Below are positions 7,838-17,029 of a stretch of 64,000 nt of DNA, one piece after another. The notes below the pieces were generated by a model that saw only the letters and a list, made by a program, of their open reading frames with translations, searched no databases and was not told the DNA's origin. The stretch is from Thermoproteota archaeon. Its GTDB lineage: Archaea > Korarchaeota > Korarchaeia > Korarchaeales > Korarchaeaceae. The stretch spans positions 1 to 64,000 of the forward strand of contig JAOZGP010000004.1 of the NCBI GenBank assembly GCA_027491735.1, given 5' to 3'. The position numbers were made by a program, and so were the translations under genes. The stretch's first letter is position 1, and the number at the start of each line of letters is the position of its first letter.

Positions 7838-9691
7838 TTGAAGGTGGATCTGAAGAGGGTGGCCGTTGGCGCGGCAACTGTGCTGGTCTGGATGGCCTTG
7901 GATGGCGGTTACGTCCTTTACTACCTTGATTTCAAGATGAGTGAGGCGATCTACAGGTTGGGGAGGCCCTGGATCCTCCTCATCGCGCCGATCCCCTTCC
8001 TCCTCCTGGCCTCTGGGAGGGTGAGGAGGATCCTTGAGGGAAGGCTGATGCCCCTCGCTGGCCTCGTCCTCTTCATCGCTAGCCTCGTTGCTTGGTCAGC
8101 CAATCCAGAGCCCCTACCGGGAATAGAGGTCATGGCGGGCAGGAGCTTCAGGTACATCGCTCCGCAGTTCTTCCTCCTCCTGGCGATCCCTTCACTGGTA
8201 TTCTCGAGGAACCGTCGAAGCTCCCGCCCTGCCGTCAGGGCCTACCTCTGGACGCTGGCCTTCACCTACATGGGGGCCGGGATGGTGTTCTGGGGGGAGA
8301 GGATCATGGACTTCGTCCAGCTCGGTCTGGCCCCACTGCTGATGGAATCGCTCAGCAGAAGGCGCATCCTGAGGGTAATCGCCCTGATACTTATCTCCCA
8401 GAGCCTACTAGGCCTCTACACAGCTAGGATGGCTGAAGGCAAGATACCCCTCTACAACTCCTCCTATGAGGAGATAAGGACGTTCGAGTGGTTGGAGAAG
8501 CAGAACGTGAGCAACCTCCTCCTGACAGACGGTTACACGGCCATGTTCAACTCCCTCCTCTACGACGGGAGGGTCGCTCCCCTATTCGGATCGTCGGTAA
8601 AGCCGGACTACCCAGTAACCCCTAACCCCCAGACCTACAGGTTCCTGAGCCTGGCCTTGGTCTATGGGATAATGGAGTATGGGAGGGAGGACTTCACTTG
8701 GTTCGCCCTAGACAGGCTGAACGTTTCCCACATCTATGTTAACAGGAAGAACTTGGAGATCCATCAGAGGGCCTCAAAACCCCTTCTAGTACCTAAGTGG
8801 AGCCCTGATGCCTTTCTGATGAACCATTTGAGCTCCGTGGCAGAGATGGTGTGGAGAGATGGTGAGAGCGAGGTCTGGGTTCTAAGGGAGAGGAGGGAGG
8901 TGAGCATACCTGGCAACGCTGTGGGCGACTACCTGAGGGTCAGGGGCGTGGTGAGGGGGCTCATGAGGGCGTTGGTCTATGGCCTGCGCGGGGAGCTGGT
9001 GGTGGACGGGCCAGTCGAGATAGCCGGCGATGTTATACTCAGGCCGAACGGGGAGACAGTGGCTGTTATACCGGTGAACGCCACCCTGAGGTATGGGGGT
9101 GATGAGATAGTCGCCATGGGGAGCAACGCTAGCATTATGATGAGGGCTGCTTCCAGCGGGAACCTGACAGTGAGGTATGAGGATCAGGGGTACGTGAGGA
9201 GGTTCTCTGCCCATGACGAGGCTGCTGACTCCCTGATGGTCGTGATATACAAGCTCAACCCATTCAGGACCAGGGTGTGGGTACATAACGGCACCTCCCT
9301 CAACTTCACCGTGGACCTCAGGTCTCTTAACGCCTCCGGCGACATGAAGTACCTCAGGACGTGGAGCCATAGGGACTTCGGGAACTGGAGCAGGGTGTGG
9401 ATCCAGGTGAAGGGGATCAGGAAGGGTAAGATCGTAGACGAGGTGAGCGTGGAGGTCAGGAGGGATGAGGTGGGGCCTAAGAGGGTTCTGGCAGTTAAGA
9501 ACGCCACCCTCAGCTTCGAATACGCCTGTGGGAACGTGATATCCCTCACTCCCCTCGGGATCAGGAGGAGAGGGGAGGAGTACTTATTCGAGAGCATGTA
9601 CTACATCTGCGGCTGCTCGGGGGAGGCGGAGGTGACCTATTCGTGGGGACCCATGGTATTAGAGGTAAGGTGCAGAGGGCCTCGCTCCTGA
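7838..9691 (+). CDS. Multi-pass membrane protein with large extracellular C-terminal domain (GT-C/STT3-like architecture), possibly N-truncated
   Basis: About 6 TM helices, then EEIRTFEWL..LLLTDGY; many N-x-S/T sequons. Confidence 0.55.
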   Translation: MKVDLKRVAVGAATVLVWMALDGGYVLYYLDFKMSEAIYRLGRPWILLIAPIPFLLLASGRVRRILEGRLMPLAGLVLFIASLVAWSANPEPLPGIEVMAGRSFRYIAPQFFLLLAIPSLVFSRNRRSSRPAVRAYLWTLAFTYMGAGMVFWGERIMDFVQLGLAPLLMESLSRRRILRVIALILISQSLLGLYTARMAEGKIPLYNSSYEEIRTFEWLEKQNVSNLLLTDGYTAMFNSLLYDGRVAPLFGSSVKPDYPVTPNPQTYRFLSLALVYGIMEYGREDFTWFALDRLNVSHIYVNRKNLEIHQRASKPLLVPKWSPDAFLMNHLSSVAEMVWRDGESEVWVLRERREVSIPGNAVGDYLRVRGVVRGLMRALVYGLRGELVVDGPVEIAGDVILRPNGETVAVIPVNATLRYGGDEIVAMGSNASIMMRAASSGNLTVRYEDQGYVRRFSAHDEAADSLMVVIYKLNPFRTRVWVHNGTSLNFTVDLRSLNASGDMKYLRTWSHRDFGNWSRVWIQVKGIRKGKIVDEVSVEVRRDEVGPKRVLAVKNATLSFEYACGNVISLTPLGIRRRGEEYLFESMYYICGCSGEAEVTYSWGPMVLEVRCRGPRS

Positions 9692-10344
9692 TCTACCCGT
9701 CCCTGTTCGCTGTCCTATCCCTGGCCAAGGGGGGCTTGTCCTGCGATCATCCCTACTACATCAGATGCGCCCGTGTATTCCCCTACTGCGAGCTGCACCC
9801 TGGATATGTGCTCCCCCTAGCTGTGGTGAGCAAGAGCCAGCCATCTCTCGTCCAGAGCTTCTTCCTGGCCTATCAGATCTTGGGCTTCGCCCTCCTAACA
9901 TATGCCCTCTACAGGAGGGACATCCTGCTGCCGGCATACCTCAACTACCTAGCCTTCAGGGCCCACGCCAACCTCCCGGCCTACACCCTCTCCCTAGCCC
10001 TCTTCCTACTCATACCGTGGCTGGCTCCCTTCTTCCATACAGCATTCGCCCCCGCCTCGTTCGATGCCTCCTGGAGGAGGAAGAGATTGGCTCTCCTCAG
10101 CCTGTTGCTGGCCCTGGTGGGGGCCCTACCCCTGATCCTCCTGCCCGGGAGGGGAGGGGCCCATGAGATCAGACCCCTGGTTCAGGGTGGGTGGGTCAGG
10201 GCCCTGGGGTTCCTGAGCATATCCTCACTGATCCTGATCGCGCTCAGGCTCAGAGGACTTGAGATCCCGGAAAGAGACCTCATATCCTTGGCAGCTTTCT
10301 TCTCGATGTTGATGAGCCCCATAGATGTGGCTCGTGGAGTGTAA
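9643..10344 (+). CDS. Hydrophobic membrane protein (GT-C-like), possibly C-truncated
   Basis: DHPYY loop after the first TM helix; multiple TM segments; overlaps upstream gene. Confidence 0.5.
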   Translation: MGTHGIRGKVQRASLLIYPSLFAVLSLAKGGLSCDHPYYIRCARVFPYCELHPGYVLPLAVVSKSQPSLVQSFFLAYQILGFALLTYALYRRDILLPAYLNYLAFRAHANLPAYTLSLALFLLIPWLAPFFHTAFAPASFDASWRRKRLALLSLLLALVGALPLILLPGRGGAHEIRPLVQGGWVRALGFLSISSLILIALRLRGLEIPERDLISLAAFFSMLMSPIDVARGV

Positions 10345-10456
10345 AGCTGCCTTTTTGATTTGAGCTTTCACATAGAAAAAACGTAGACGAGTTCTTACAA
10401 TCAGACAGAACCGTTAAGGGCAACAATTATATACAACCATTAGCTAAAATAAATAT

Positions 10457-10678
10457 ATGAGACACGTGAACATGACAATTACCATTCCCGAAGACCTGAG
10501 GAGAAAGATAAGAGAGATAAAAAACGTGAACTGGAGCGAAGTAGCCAGGAGGGCGTTCGAGGAGGAGATAAAGAAACTGGAGAGGCTGTCCGCCGTCGAA
10601 GAAATCGACAGGTTGAGGAGCAGGAGCGAGGGGTGGAGCGGAGCGGATGAGGTGAGAAAGTGGAGAGATTTGCGCTAG
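10457..10678 (+). CDS. vapB: RHH/CopG-type antitoxin (VapB)
   Basis: MTITIPEDL..VNWSEVARRA; overlaps downstream PIN gene. Confidence 0.85.
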   Translation: MRHVNMTITIPEDLRRKIREIKNVNWSEVARRAFEEEIKKLERLSAVEEIDRLRSRSEGWSGADEVRKWRDLR

Positions 10679-11088
10679 ACTCTTCTGTAGTCGTCAAGTG
10701 GTTCAGCGAGGAGGAGGACACGGATAAAGCTCTCGAAATAAGGGACGCTTACGTGAGGGGCGATATAGAGCTCGTTGTTACACCGCTGCTCTACTGCGAG
10801 GTGATGAACGCCCTAAGGTTCAAGCCGGACTTCGACGCCGGGAAGCTAAAGAGGGCTGTGGAGGCTTTGTTCAAGCTCCACATGGATGTTGAAGAAATAG
10901 ACGAGCGCATCCTTAAGAGGAGCGCGGAAATAGCTTTCGACGGCGGTGTCACGATTTACGATGCCGTTCCCGTAGCTGTGGCTGAGAAGTATAACACCGT
11001 CTGTGTTACCGCCGACGAGAGCACTCAGTTCGACAGGCTGAAGGGGAAGTATCCTGTGGAGCTCTTGAGGGAATTTTCGATCGGTTGA
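10660..11088 (+). CDS. vapC: PIN-domain toxin (VapC)
   Basis: LDSSVVVKW, EVMNAL, TIYDA and VTAD acidic PIN motifs. Confidence 0.9.
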   Translation: MERFALDSSVVVKWFSEEEDTDKALEIRDAYVRGDIELVVTPLLYCEVMNALRFKPDFDAGKLKRAVEALFKLHMDVEEIDERILKRSAEIAFDGGVTIYDAVPVAVAEKYNTVCVTADESTQFDRLKGKYPVELLREFSIG

Positions 11089-11120
11089 ATTTGCAGCTCT
11101 TCGATTTAAGGTGTCTGGGT

Positions 11121-11477
11121 ATGAGAGAGCGACTCGAATTCACTGCAGTTCTCTTGACTGCTTGCCTGATCGGAGTATCCCTGATGTTCGTTGCCACGCC
11201 TCACAAGCCGCACGTGGCTCTGCTGATCGGAACGAGTCCGGTGCGGAGTACCGTCTATGGATTCCTTGACGGTTTAAACGTAGGTTACGAGGTGAATCCC
11301 GAAGACGTTGAACTGCCGCCGGAAGTTGTTCACATTGCTAGAGTTGCGCAGAAAACACATCCCGGTAGCGTTCTCGCATACTTCCCGAAAACACGCGAGC
11401 TTGCCATTTGTTACAGGCCGTTTTCTTTCAAGACAATAAACTGCGTGGGGTTCGTGGGAAGGGACAGGAATGTGTAG
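11121..11477 (+). CDS. Hypothetical secreted or membrane-anchored protein
   Basis: N-terminal hydrophobic helix; no recognised family. Confidence 0.5.
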   Translation: MRERLEFTAVLLTACLIGVSLMFVATPHKPHVALLIGTSPVRSTVYGFLDGLNVGYEVNPEDVELPPEVVHIARVAQKTHPGSVLAYFPKTRELAICYRPFSFKTINCVGFVGRDRNV

Positions 11478-11753
11478 GTTCGGGTGACCAGGTTGCGAGT
11501 TCTGTGTAAAAGAATTGTTTCTGAGATTTATTTCAGAGTTTCCTGAGTTCGCAGATCTCGCCAGAGGGTTTTTAAGAAAAAGTTAAAAAAGAGATCGAAG
11601 AAGTAAGCTTGGAGATACAGCCATAGGAATTGTAAGTGCATGTATGTTCAACACTCAGACAGTATACAGAGATTCTTCAAAGATGGAGATTTTTTGGTGA
11701 TTTGATGCCCGAAATTGCATTAGGTAAAACTTAAGTATTACCAAGCTTAATTT

Positions 11754-12011
11754 ATGCGAGTCAAAACATCCTCCAAAGGACAGGTGGTCATACCCAAGGA
11801 GATAAGAGATGCCTTGGGAATTAAGCCCGGAAGCATCCTGAATGTCCGCGTGGAAGGTAAGAAAATAATTCTGGAACCTGCTTCTTCTCCACCAGACGTC
11901 TTCGTCGAACTCGGTGAGGAATCCGGGAGAATTCTGCGGGAAGCAAGAAAGATTGACGAGGAAGGAATAAAGAGACTGCTGAGGGATCTGGGTGTCGAAG
12001 GCGGTAGTTGA
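11754..12011 (+). CDS. AbrB/MazE/SpoVT-type antitoxin
   Basis: SSKGQVVIPKEIRDALGIKPG. Confidence 0.9.
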   Translation: MRVKTSSKGQVVIPKEIRDALGIKPGSILNVRVEGKKIILEPASSPPDVFVELGEESGRILREARKIDEEGIKRLLRDLGVEGGS

Positions 12012-12153
12012 CAAGGGAGTCTTCGTGGATTACATGGACAGAAAAGCCCCGTACCACGAAGCTGCTAGAGCAATAATCGATTCACTGGGACAGCTGGAAG
12101 TTGTTTTGCCTTCGATAACCCTTGCAGAGATCTGCTACGTTTCATCCCAGTAA
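11992..12153 (+). pseudogene. Truncated PIN-domain toxin
   Basis: MSKAVVDKGVFVDYMDRKAPYHEAA..LPSITLAEICYVSSQ* (53 aa), coupled to the AbrB gene. Confidence 0.7.
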
Positions 12154-12209
12154 CATCTCGCAAAAGAGTTTTGATAGTAATGGCAAATAAATCTTCAGAG
12201 GTGTCGTAT

Positions 12210-12382
12210 ATGAGTGAGATAACTGTCAGGCTCAAAATACCAGAGGAGATTTTAAAGCAGGTGGATTGAACAAAGTGGTTGAGAGACTTGAGGGAGAAAT
12301 CATGCTCGAATACAATCTGAAAAAGCTTCATGGAAGATTGAAGGGCAAGAATCTTGAGAAGCTGCTGGAAGAGGAGGGATAA
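12210..12382 (+). pseudogene. Frameshifted antitoxin-like gene
   Basis: MSEITVRLKIPEEILKQVD, then shifted NKVVERLEGEIMLEYNLKKLHGRLKG; RBS GAGGTG upstream. Confidence 0.5.
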
Positions 12383-12473
12383 CGGGGTGCTGACACATCC
12401 ACAGTCCTCCGTATTGTGGGACTGCAAACCTCCCCGCTGGGAATCCTCTCCCTTTGGGACGGGTAGAATGTCG
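12376..12473 (+). mobile_element. IS200/IS605- or IS607-like tnpB 3' end (right-end) relic
   Basis: GATAACGGGGTGCTGACACATCC and GGAATCCTCTCCCTTTGGGACGGGTAGAATGTC resemble the common tnpB right-end hairpin motif. Confidence 0.5.
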
Positions 12474-12491
12474 ATGTAGAGTTAACCTAAG

Positions 12492-13766
12492 TCAGAATAT
12501 GAACTTCTCAGGCTCCATACACCTGTTGTGAATTGAGAGAACGTCAGACCTTATCCTCCTGCCTCCGTAAAGCTCTGCTTCCTTCTTGCCCAAGGCGAGA
12601 GCTGCGGCTACCCTTCCAACAGCGTCTCCCTTCAATATACCACTTCCGCTATCTCCAGTAGCCACCACCATATTTTCCACCTTGAAGATCACAGGTGCGC
12701 CGTCCAAACTGTTTATCATGTAGAGGCCAGCCCACATGTTGTCTATGCTCACGTCCCTAAACTGTGGGAAGTACTTGACGACAACGGGATAGATGTTGTC
12801 GTAGTAGTACCTCTCCTCTGGATCCTCGTTCGTGTCGAACCCTCTCCCAAGATCATCAGCAAATCCCAGCCAGAAGGTTTTATCTCTCTTGTCAGCCCGC
12901 ACGTAGTGACCGGTCGGGAGAAAGGTGAAAGGCATGATGCCCTCCTCGTTGAAGCCATCTGTATGGAAGAGCTCCTCTAACTCAGGCTTCTTGAGTTTTA
13001 CTGTGAATATCTGTCTCTTCTTCGGCTTAGATATGCAATCCACGCCTATCCTATCGAGGAGAAGGTGAGACCACCCTCCAGCAGTCACTATGACGTTCTT
13101 TGCAGTTATCCTTCCCTTGTTTGTCTCAACCCCAGCTATCCTCTTCTTCTGCCATGTTCTTGGCTCCCGCGGTATACCTAGCTTGAGCTCTGGCTCGAGA
13201 AATAGGTTCTCAACGTGAGTGTTGAACTCGAAGCTGCACCCCATCTGAATGAGCTCCTCCTTGTAGAACGAAGCCAGCTTGTCTGCATCTATATAACCAC
13301 ATTTCTTGGCGAGAATACCATAGTCGACATTCTTAGCGCCTAACAGCTCAGCTTCCTCATCTCCATCGAAGTTAACGTTCATCTTGAGCTTTTCTCTCAG
13401 CTCGTCACTCCTAAAAACTTTCACCTCTCCCCTTTCCTCGAACCTCTCAACCACAGGCCTGTTTATCTCGAAGAGCCTCTTATCCTGGAGTATGAGATAC
13501 CCAGCCATCACGATGCCGAGATCCCTGTTGAGATCCCTTTGTACATGAAGGTAGAAGTCCACACTGGATTCCGCCAATGTTCTGTTAACGGGGTTTGTGA
13601 ATATGACTCTGAAGCCCCCCGCGCTCTTGGCCGTGGCTCCCTGGCCGGCATCTAGGTTTTTGTCCACTACGGCTATCTCAGCGTTCTTGTTTGTCCTTTT
13701 TATATGATAAGCCGTGGAGAGTCCGAAGATACCAGCTCCAACGATGAGAAAGTCGTAATCCACCAC
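12492..13766 (-). CDS. FAD-dependent oxidoreductase (DAO, sarcosine or proline dehydrogenase beta-like)
   Basis: GAGIFG Rossmann motif, ATAKSAGG, WAGLY, GDSGSGI. Confidence 0.85.
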   Translation of the reverse strand: MVDYDFLIVGAGIFGLSTAYHIKRTNKNAEIAVVDKNLDAGQGATAKSAGGFRVIFTNPVNRTLAESSVDFYLHVQRDLNRDLGIVMAGYLILQDKRLFEINRPVVERFEERGEVKVFRSDELREKLKMNVNFDGDEEAELLGAKNVDYGILAKKCGYIDADKLASFYKEELIQMGCSFEFNTHVENLFLEPELKLGIPREPRTWQKKRIAGVETNKGRITAKNVIVTAGGWSHLLLDRIGVDCISKPKKRQIFTVKLKKPELEELFHTDGFNEEGIMPFTFLPTGHYVRADKRDKTFWLGFADDLGRGFDTNEDPEERYYYDNIYPVVVKYFPQFRDVSIDNMWAGLYMINSLDGAPVIFKVENMVVATGDSGSGILKGDAVGRVAAALALGKKEAELYGGRRIRSDVLSIHNRCMEPEKFIF

Positions 13767-13934
13767 TGCTATCACCTTCTCTAACCAGATCAAAAATATT
13801 AAAAATAATTCATCTAAAGGACTCAAAAACAGATATATGTAGCAGAAGTCGGGATTTCACGAGAGATCAGCTGACGCTCCTTAAGGACAAAAATTTAAGT
13901 GATCTAGAGTTCATCAGGAGCTCGTGATCCGGCG

Positions 13935-15908
13935 ATGATACCGGAGAGGATGAACTTCATCCTTCTGCCCAGCTGGGTTCCATCTGTTATGTACGTTGTT
14001 GCGGGTTTAACAGCAGTTCTATTCGTCTACGGAATTTATAGAAGATTCAAGGCCTTCGAACTCAGCTTCGGCGATTTAAAAGGGATGCTCTGTGCGGATA
14101 AGAGAGGGAGTGTTGGGAGATTTGTTAAGCGCGTCCTAGCCCAGTTGAAGGTGCTGGGGGATCCATCCGGCGGGATACCACATGCCTTGTTTTTCTACGG
14201 GATGCTAGTGCTGGCGCTGGGAACGTTCACAGTGTTCTTGGACTCGGACATCCTGGAGCATCTTGGTGCAAGGATCCTTATGGGAGCGTCTTACCTCATC
14301 TTTGAGCTGCTGATGGACCTGGCGGGAGCCTTGACTCTGACCGGACTTGTTATCGCTGCCGTCAGAAGGTTCATTTTGAGGCCTGAAAGGCTGAAGACCT
14401 CAACAGAGGATGTGATCATTCTCCTTGGGCTTCTCTACGTAGTGTGCTCCGGCTACCTCCTCGAGGCCATCAGGCTGAAGCTAGTTCCAGTGAGCTATGC
14501 AGGCTGGTCCTTCTTAGGGGATGTCCTCTCAAGTTTTGTGGATCCCAGGATAGCTAGACTTGTGTACGTGCCGCTTTGGTGGACTCACATCCTAGCCGCC
14601 TTCATACTGATGGCGTACATAGGGTTCAGCAAGCTTAACCACATCCTAACAATGGCCCTCAGCGAGATGGTGTCCCCAGATCTTCCGATCCCTGGACTTA
14701 GCACTCCCTTCAACCTGCTTGATCTGATGAAGGGGGGAGAGGAGGAGATCAAACAAGGAGTTTACGTCAAGGAGGACCTGAGCCCTCTGAGGAGGTTGAA
14801 CATAGCAGCCTGTGTGAGCTGCGGGAGATGCCACGAGGTCTGTCCAGCCAGAACTGCTGGGAGATCCCTTTCTCCAAGGGACTTTGTCGGAGATCTCCAG
14901 TTCATGTTCATCAGAGGAGAGGAGGATCAGTTGATGGATAGGATGGACGAGGAGGTCGTCTGGAGCTGCACCACATGCGCTGCCTGCACCTGTGTATGTC
15001 CAGCCATGGTGAACATCCCAGACATCTTGGTGGACCTGAGAAGAGCTCTGGTTGCTGAGAACAGGATAGACTCCAAGAAGAGGGACCTCCTCTATAATAT
15101 CTCGACTAAGGGCAACACCATGGGGCTTCCCCAGGTGGAGAGACAAAGATGGCTTTCCGACGTTCTAACTCCTGCTGAGGAGAGAGACTTCGATTACCTC
15201 TACTGGATAGGCTGTCAGGCCTCCTATGATCCCAGAACCAAGAAGATCGTGGACGCCATGATAAGGATAATGAGAAAGGCAGGTATAAAGTTCGTGGTCC
15301 TAAAGGGAGAAGAGAGATGTTGTGGAGAACCTGTCAGGAAGTTAGGAGAGGAGGGAAGGTTCCAGGAGATCGTTCTGGAGAACATAGAGCTTTTCAAGGC
15401 CTATGGTGTCAAAGAGATCGTTGTACACTGCCCACATGGGTACAACACCTTCAAGAACGAATACAGAGAGTTTGGAGCCGAGTTCGAGGTTATATCCCAC
15501 GTTGAGCTGATACTGAGACTTCTGAAGGAGGGCAGAATAAGAGTGAGAAGGGTCAAGGGAAGGAAGGCAGTCTATCACGATCCGTGCAACCTAGCTAGAT
15601 ACAACGGGATATATGAGGCTCCTAGGGAGGTCCTAAGGATCCTGGGTGTGGAGGTTGTGGAGCCTGAGAGGAGCGGTGTGGACACCTTCTGTTGTGGAGC
15701 TGGAGGGGCCAACTACTGGTACGAGGTCAAGGAGGAGAAAGCTATAAGCAAGATAAGGCTCGAGCAGCTGACCTCGAAACACGGGGAGATCTTGACCGCT
15801 TGCCCGTTCTGCATGGCGATGCTTGAAGATGCTGCAAGAAGCACAGGGGTAGATGAAAAAGTCAAGGTGATGGATCTAGCGGAGCTCGTTGCTGAGCTCT
15901 TGGAATGA
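13935..15908 (+). CDS. Membrane-bound Fe-S oxidoreductase (FadF/EMO-like; NarI-like TM region, two 4Fe-4S motifs, two CCG domains)
   Basis: CVSCGRCHEVCP, CTTCAACTCVCP, CCGEP, YHDPC, CCGAGG, CPFC. Confidence 0.88.
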   Translation: MIPERMNFILLPSWVPSVMYVVAGLTAVLFVYGIYRRFKAFELSFGDLKGMLCADKRGSVGRFVKRVLAQLKVLGDPSGGIPHALFFYGMLVLALGTFTVFLDSDILEHLGARILMGASYLIFELLMDLAGALTLTGLVIAAVRRFILRPERLKTSTEDVIILLGLLYVVCSGYLLEAIRLKLVPVSYAGWSFLGDVLSSFVDPRIARLVYVPLWWTHILAAFILMAYIGFSKLNHILTMALSEMVSPDLPIPGLSTPFNLLDLMKGGEEEIKQGVYVKEDLSPLRRLNIAACVSCGRCHEVCPARTAGRSLSPRDFVGDLQFMFIRGEEDQLMDRMDEEVVWSCTTCAACTCVCPAMVNIPDILVDLRRALVAENRIDSKKRDLLYNISTKGNTMGLPQVERQRWLSDVLTPAEERDFDYLYWIGCQASYDPRTKKIVDAMIRIMRKAGIKFVVLKGEERCCGEPVRKLGEEGRFQEIVLENIELFKAYGVKEIVVHCPHGYNTFKNEYREFGAEFEVISHVELILRLLKEGRIRVRRVKGRKAVYHDPCNLARYNGIYEAPREVLRILGVEVVEPERSGVDTFCCGAGGANYWYEVKEEKAISKIRLEQLTSKHGEILTACPFCMAMLEDAARSTGVDEKVKVMDLAELVAELLE

Positions 15909-16129
15909 TTTTTCGCAGAAGTCTCTGAAGAGCATCTCTCCGAGATGAGGGGATGGGTCGGTGAGCTGAGGCAGTTCACAGGTTTTAGTGCCCTGCATCA
16001 AACCAGCGTCATGCGGTCGCAGCTGTGCACCGCTATCAAGGACTTTAGCGGCCGAGCCCCAGGGAAGCAGCTCTGATGCACCCCTCCAACTCCGTGAGAC
16101 CCCATAGCAGAGATTTTTTGTGGAGAGAG

Positions 16130-17029
16130 TCACCCCTCCTTCATCTCCTTGAGCTGTTTTATCATCTCAGGGACTATCTGATATAGATCTCCTACCACGC
16201 CGTAATCGGCTTCCTCGAATATCGGAGCTCCTTTGTCTATGTTCACAGCGACCACGATCTCAGCGTTCCTGAAACCTATCGTGTGTTGTATCTGTCCAGA
16301 TATCCCTATCGCCATGTACAGCTTTGGAGATACCTGGACTCCAGTCATCCCCACGTGATGGCCTTCAGGAAGCCACTTGAGGTCTGCTGCTATCGGCCTG
16401 GAGCATCCCACAGCGGCGTTGAGAAGTCGAGCCAGCTTCTCTATCATCTCGAGATCCTCCTTCCTCTTCAATCCCCTGCCCACGGACACTATCCTCTCAG
16501 CCTTTGTCAGGTCTACTGCGCCGAGTTCCTTCTCCTCAACGTTCTTCAGGAGACATCTCTCCTCAACTTCAGGTATCGGAAGGTCTCTCACTTCAGATCT
16601 TCTGTTCGAGGACTCCTTCGGCTTGTAAGCCTTCGGCTTTAGGGAGATCACGGCTGGTCTAGCCTTGATCAGTATTCTGGCCACCCCCTTACCTCCGTAA
16701 GCCATCCTCTCTATCTCTAGATTTTTGTCTATGCTCGTGCAATCGTTGTAACAGCTTGTCCCGAGTTTGGCCCCAAGCCTAGCTGCTATCTCCTTACCGT
16801 TTCTATCGGAGTACATCAGGAAGACGTCCACATCGTTCATTCCTGCTAAAGCGGCCACCAACTTGTCGTTGGATATATCTCCCGGGATCCTGTATATCTC
16901 GTCCACGTATCCCTGCGCCCAGCTGGGATCGGGAACCACAGCCGCTATCCTCCTCTCCAGAGCCTCGGCTGCGGAGACGAGCTCCAACAAGGCATCTTTT
17001 TTGGGAGGAACGAGCACGACCGTGTTCAT
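16130..17029 (-). CDS. etfA: Electron transfer flavoprotein alpha subunit
   Basis: VSVGRG, GCSRP, VGMTG, GISGQIQH, ADYGVVGDL. Confidence 0.93.
   Translation of the reverse strand: MNTVVLVPPKKDALLELVSAAEALERRIAAVVPDPSWAQGYVDEIYRIPGDISNDKLVAALAGMNDVDVFLMYSDRNGKEIAARLGAKLGTSCYNDCTSIDKNLEIERMAYGGKGVARILIKARPAVISLKPKAYKPKESSNRRSEVRDLPIPEVEERCLLKNVEEKELGAVDLTKAERIVSVGRGLKRKEDLEMIEKLARLLNAAVGCSRPIAADLKWLPEGHHVGMTGVQVSPKLYMAIGISGQIQHTIGFRNAEIVVAVNIDKGAPIFEEADYGVVGDLYQIVPEMIKQLKEMKEG

Noticed and set aside
15910-16130. Structured ncRNA between convergent genes
   Set aside because: Only short 6-7 bp stems (TGCATCA/TGATGCA, CCGCTA/TAGCGG) and no recognisable family
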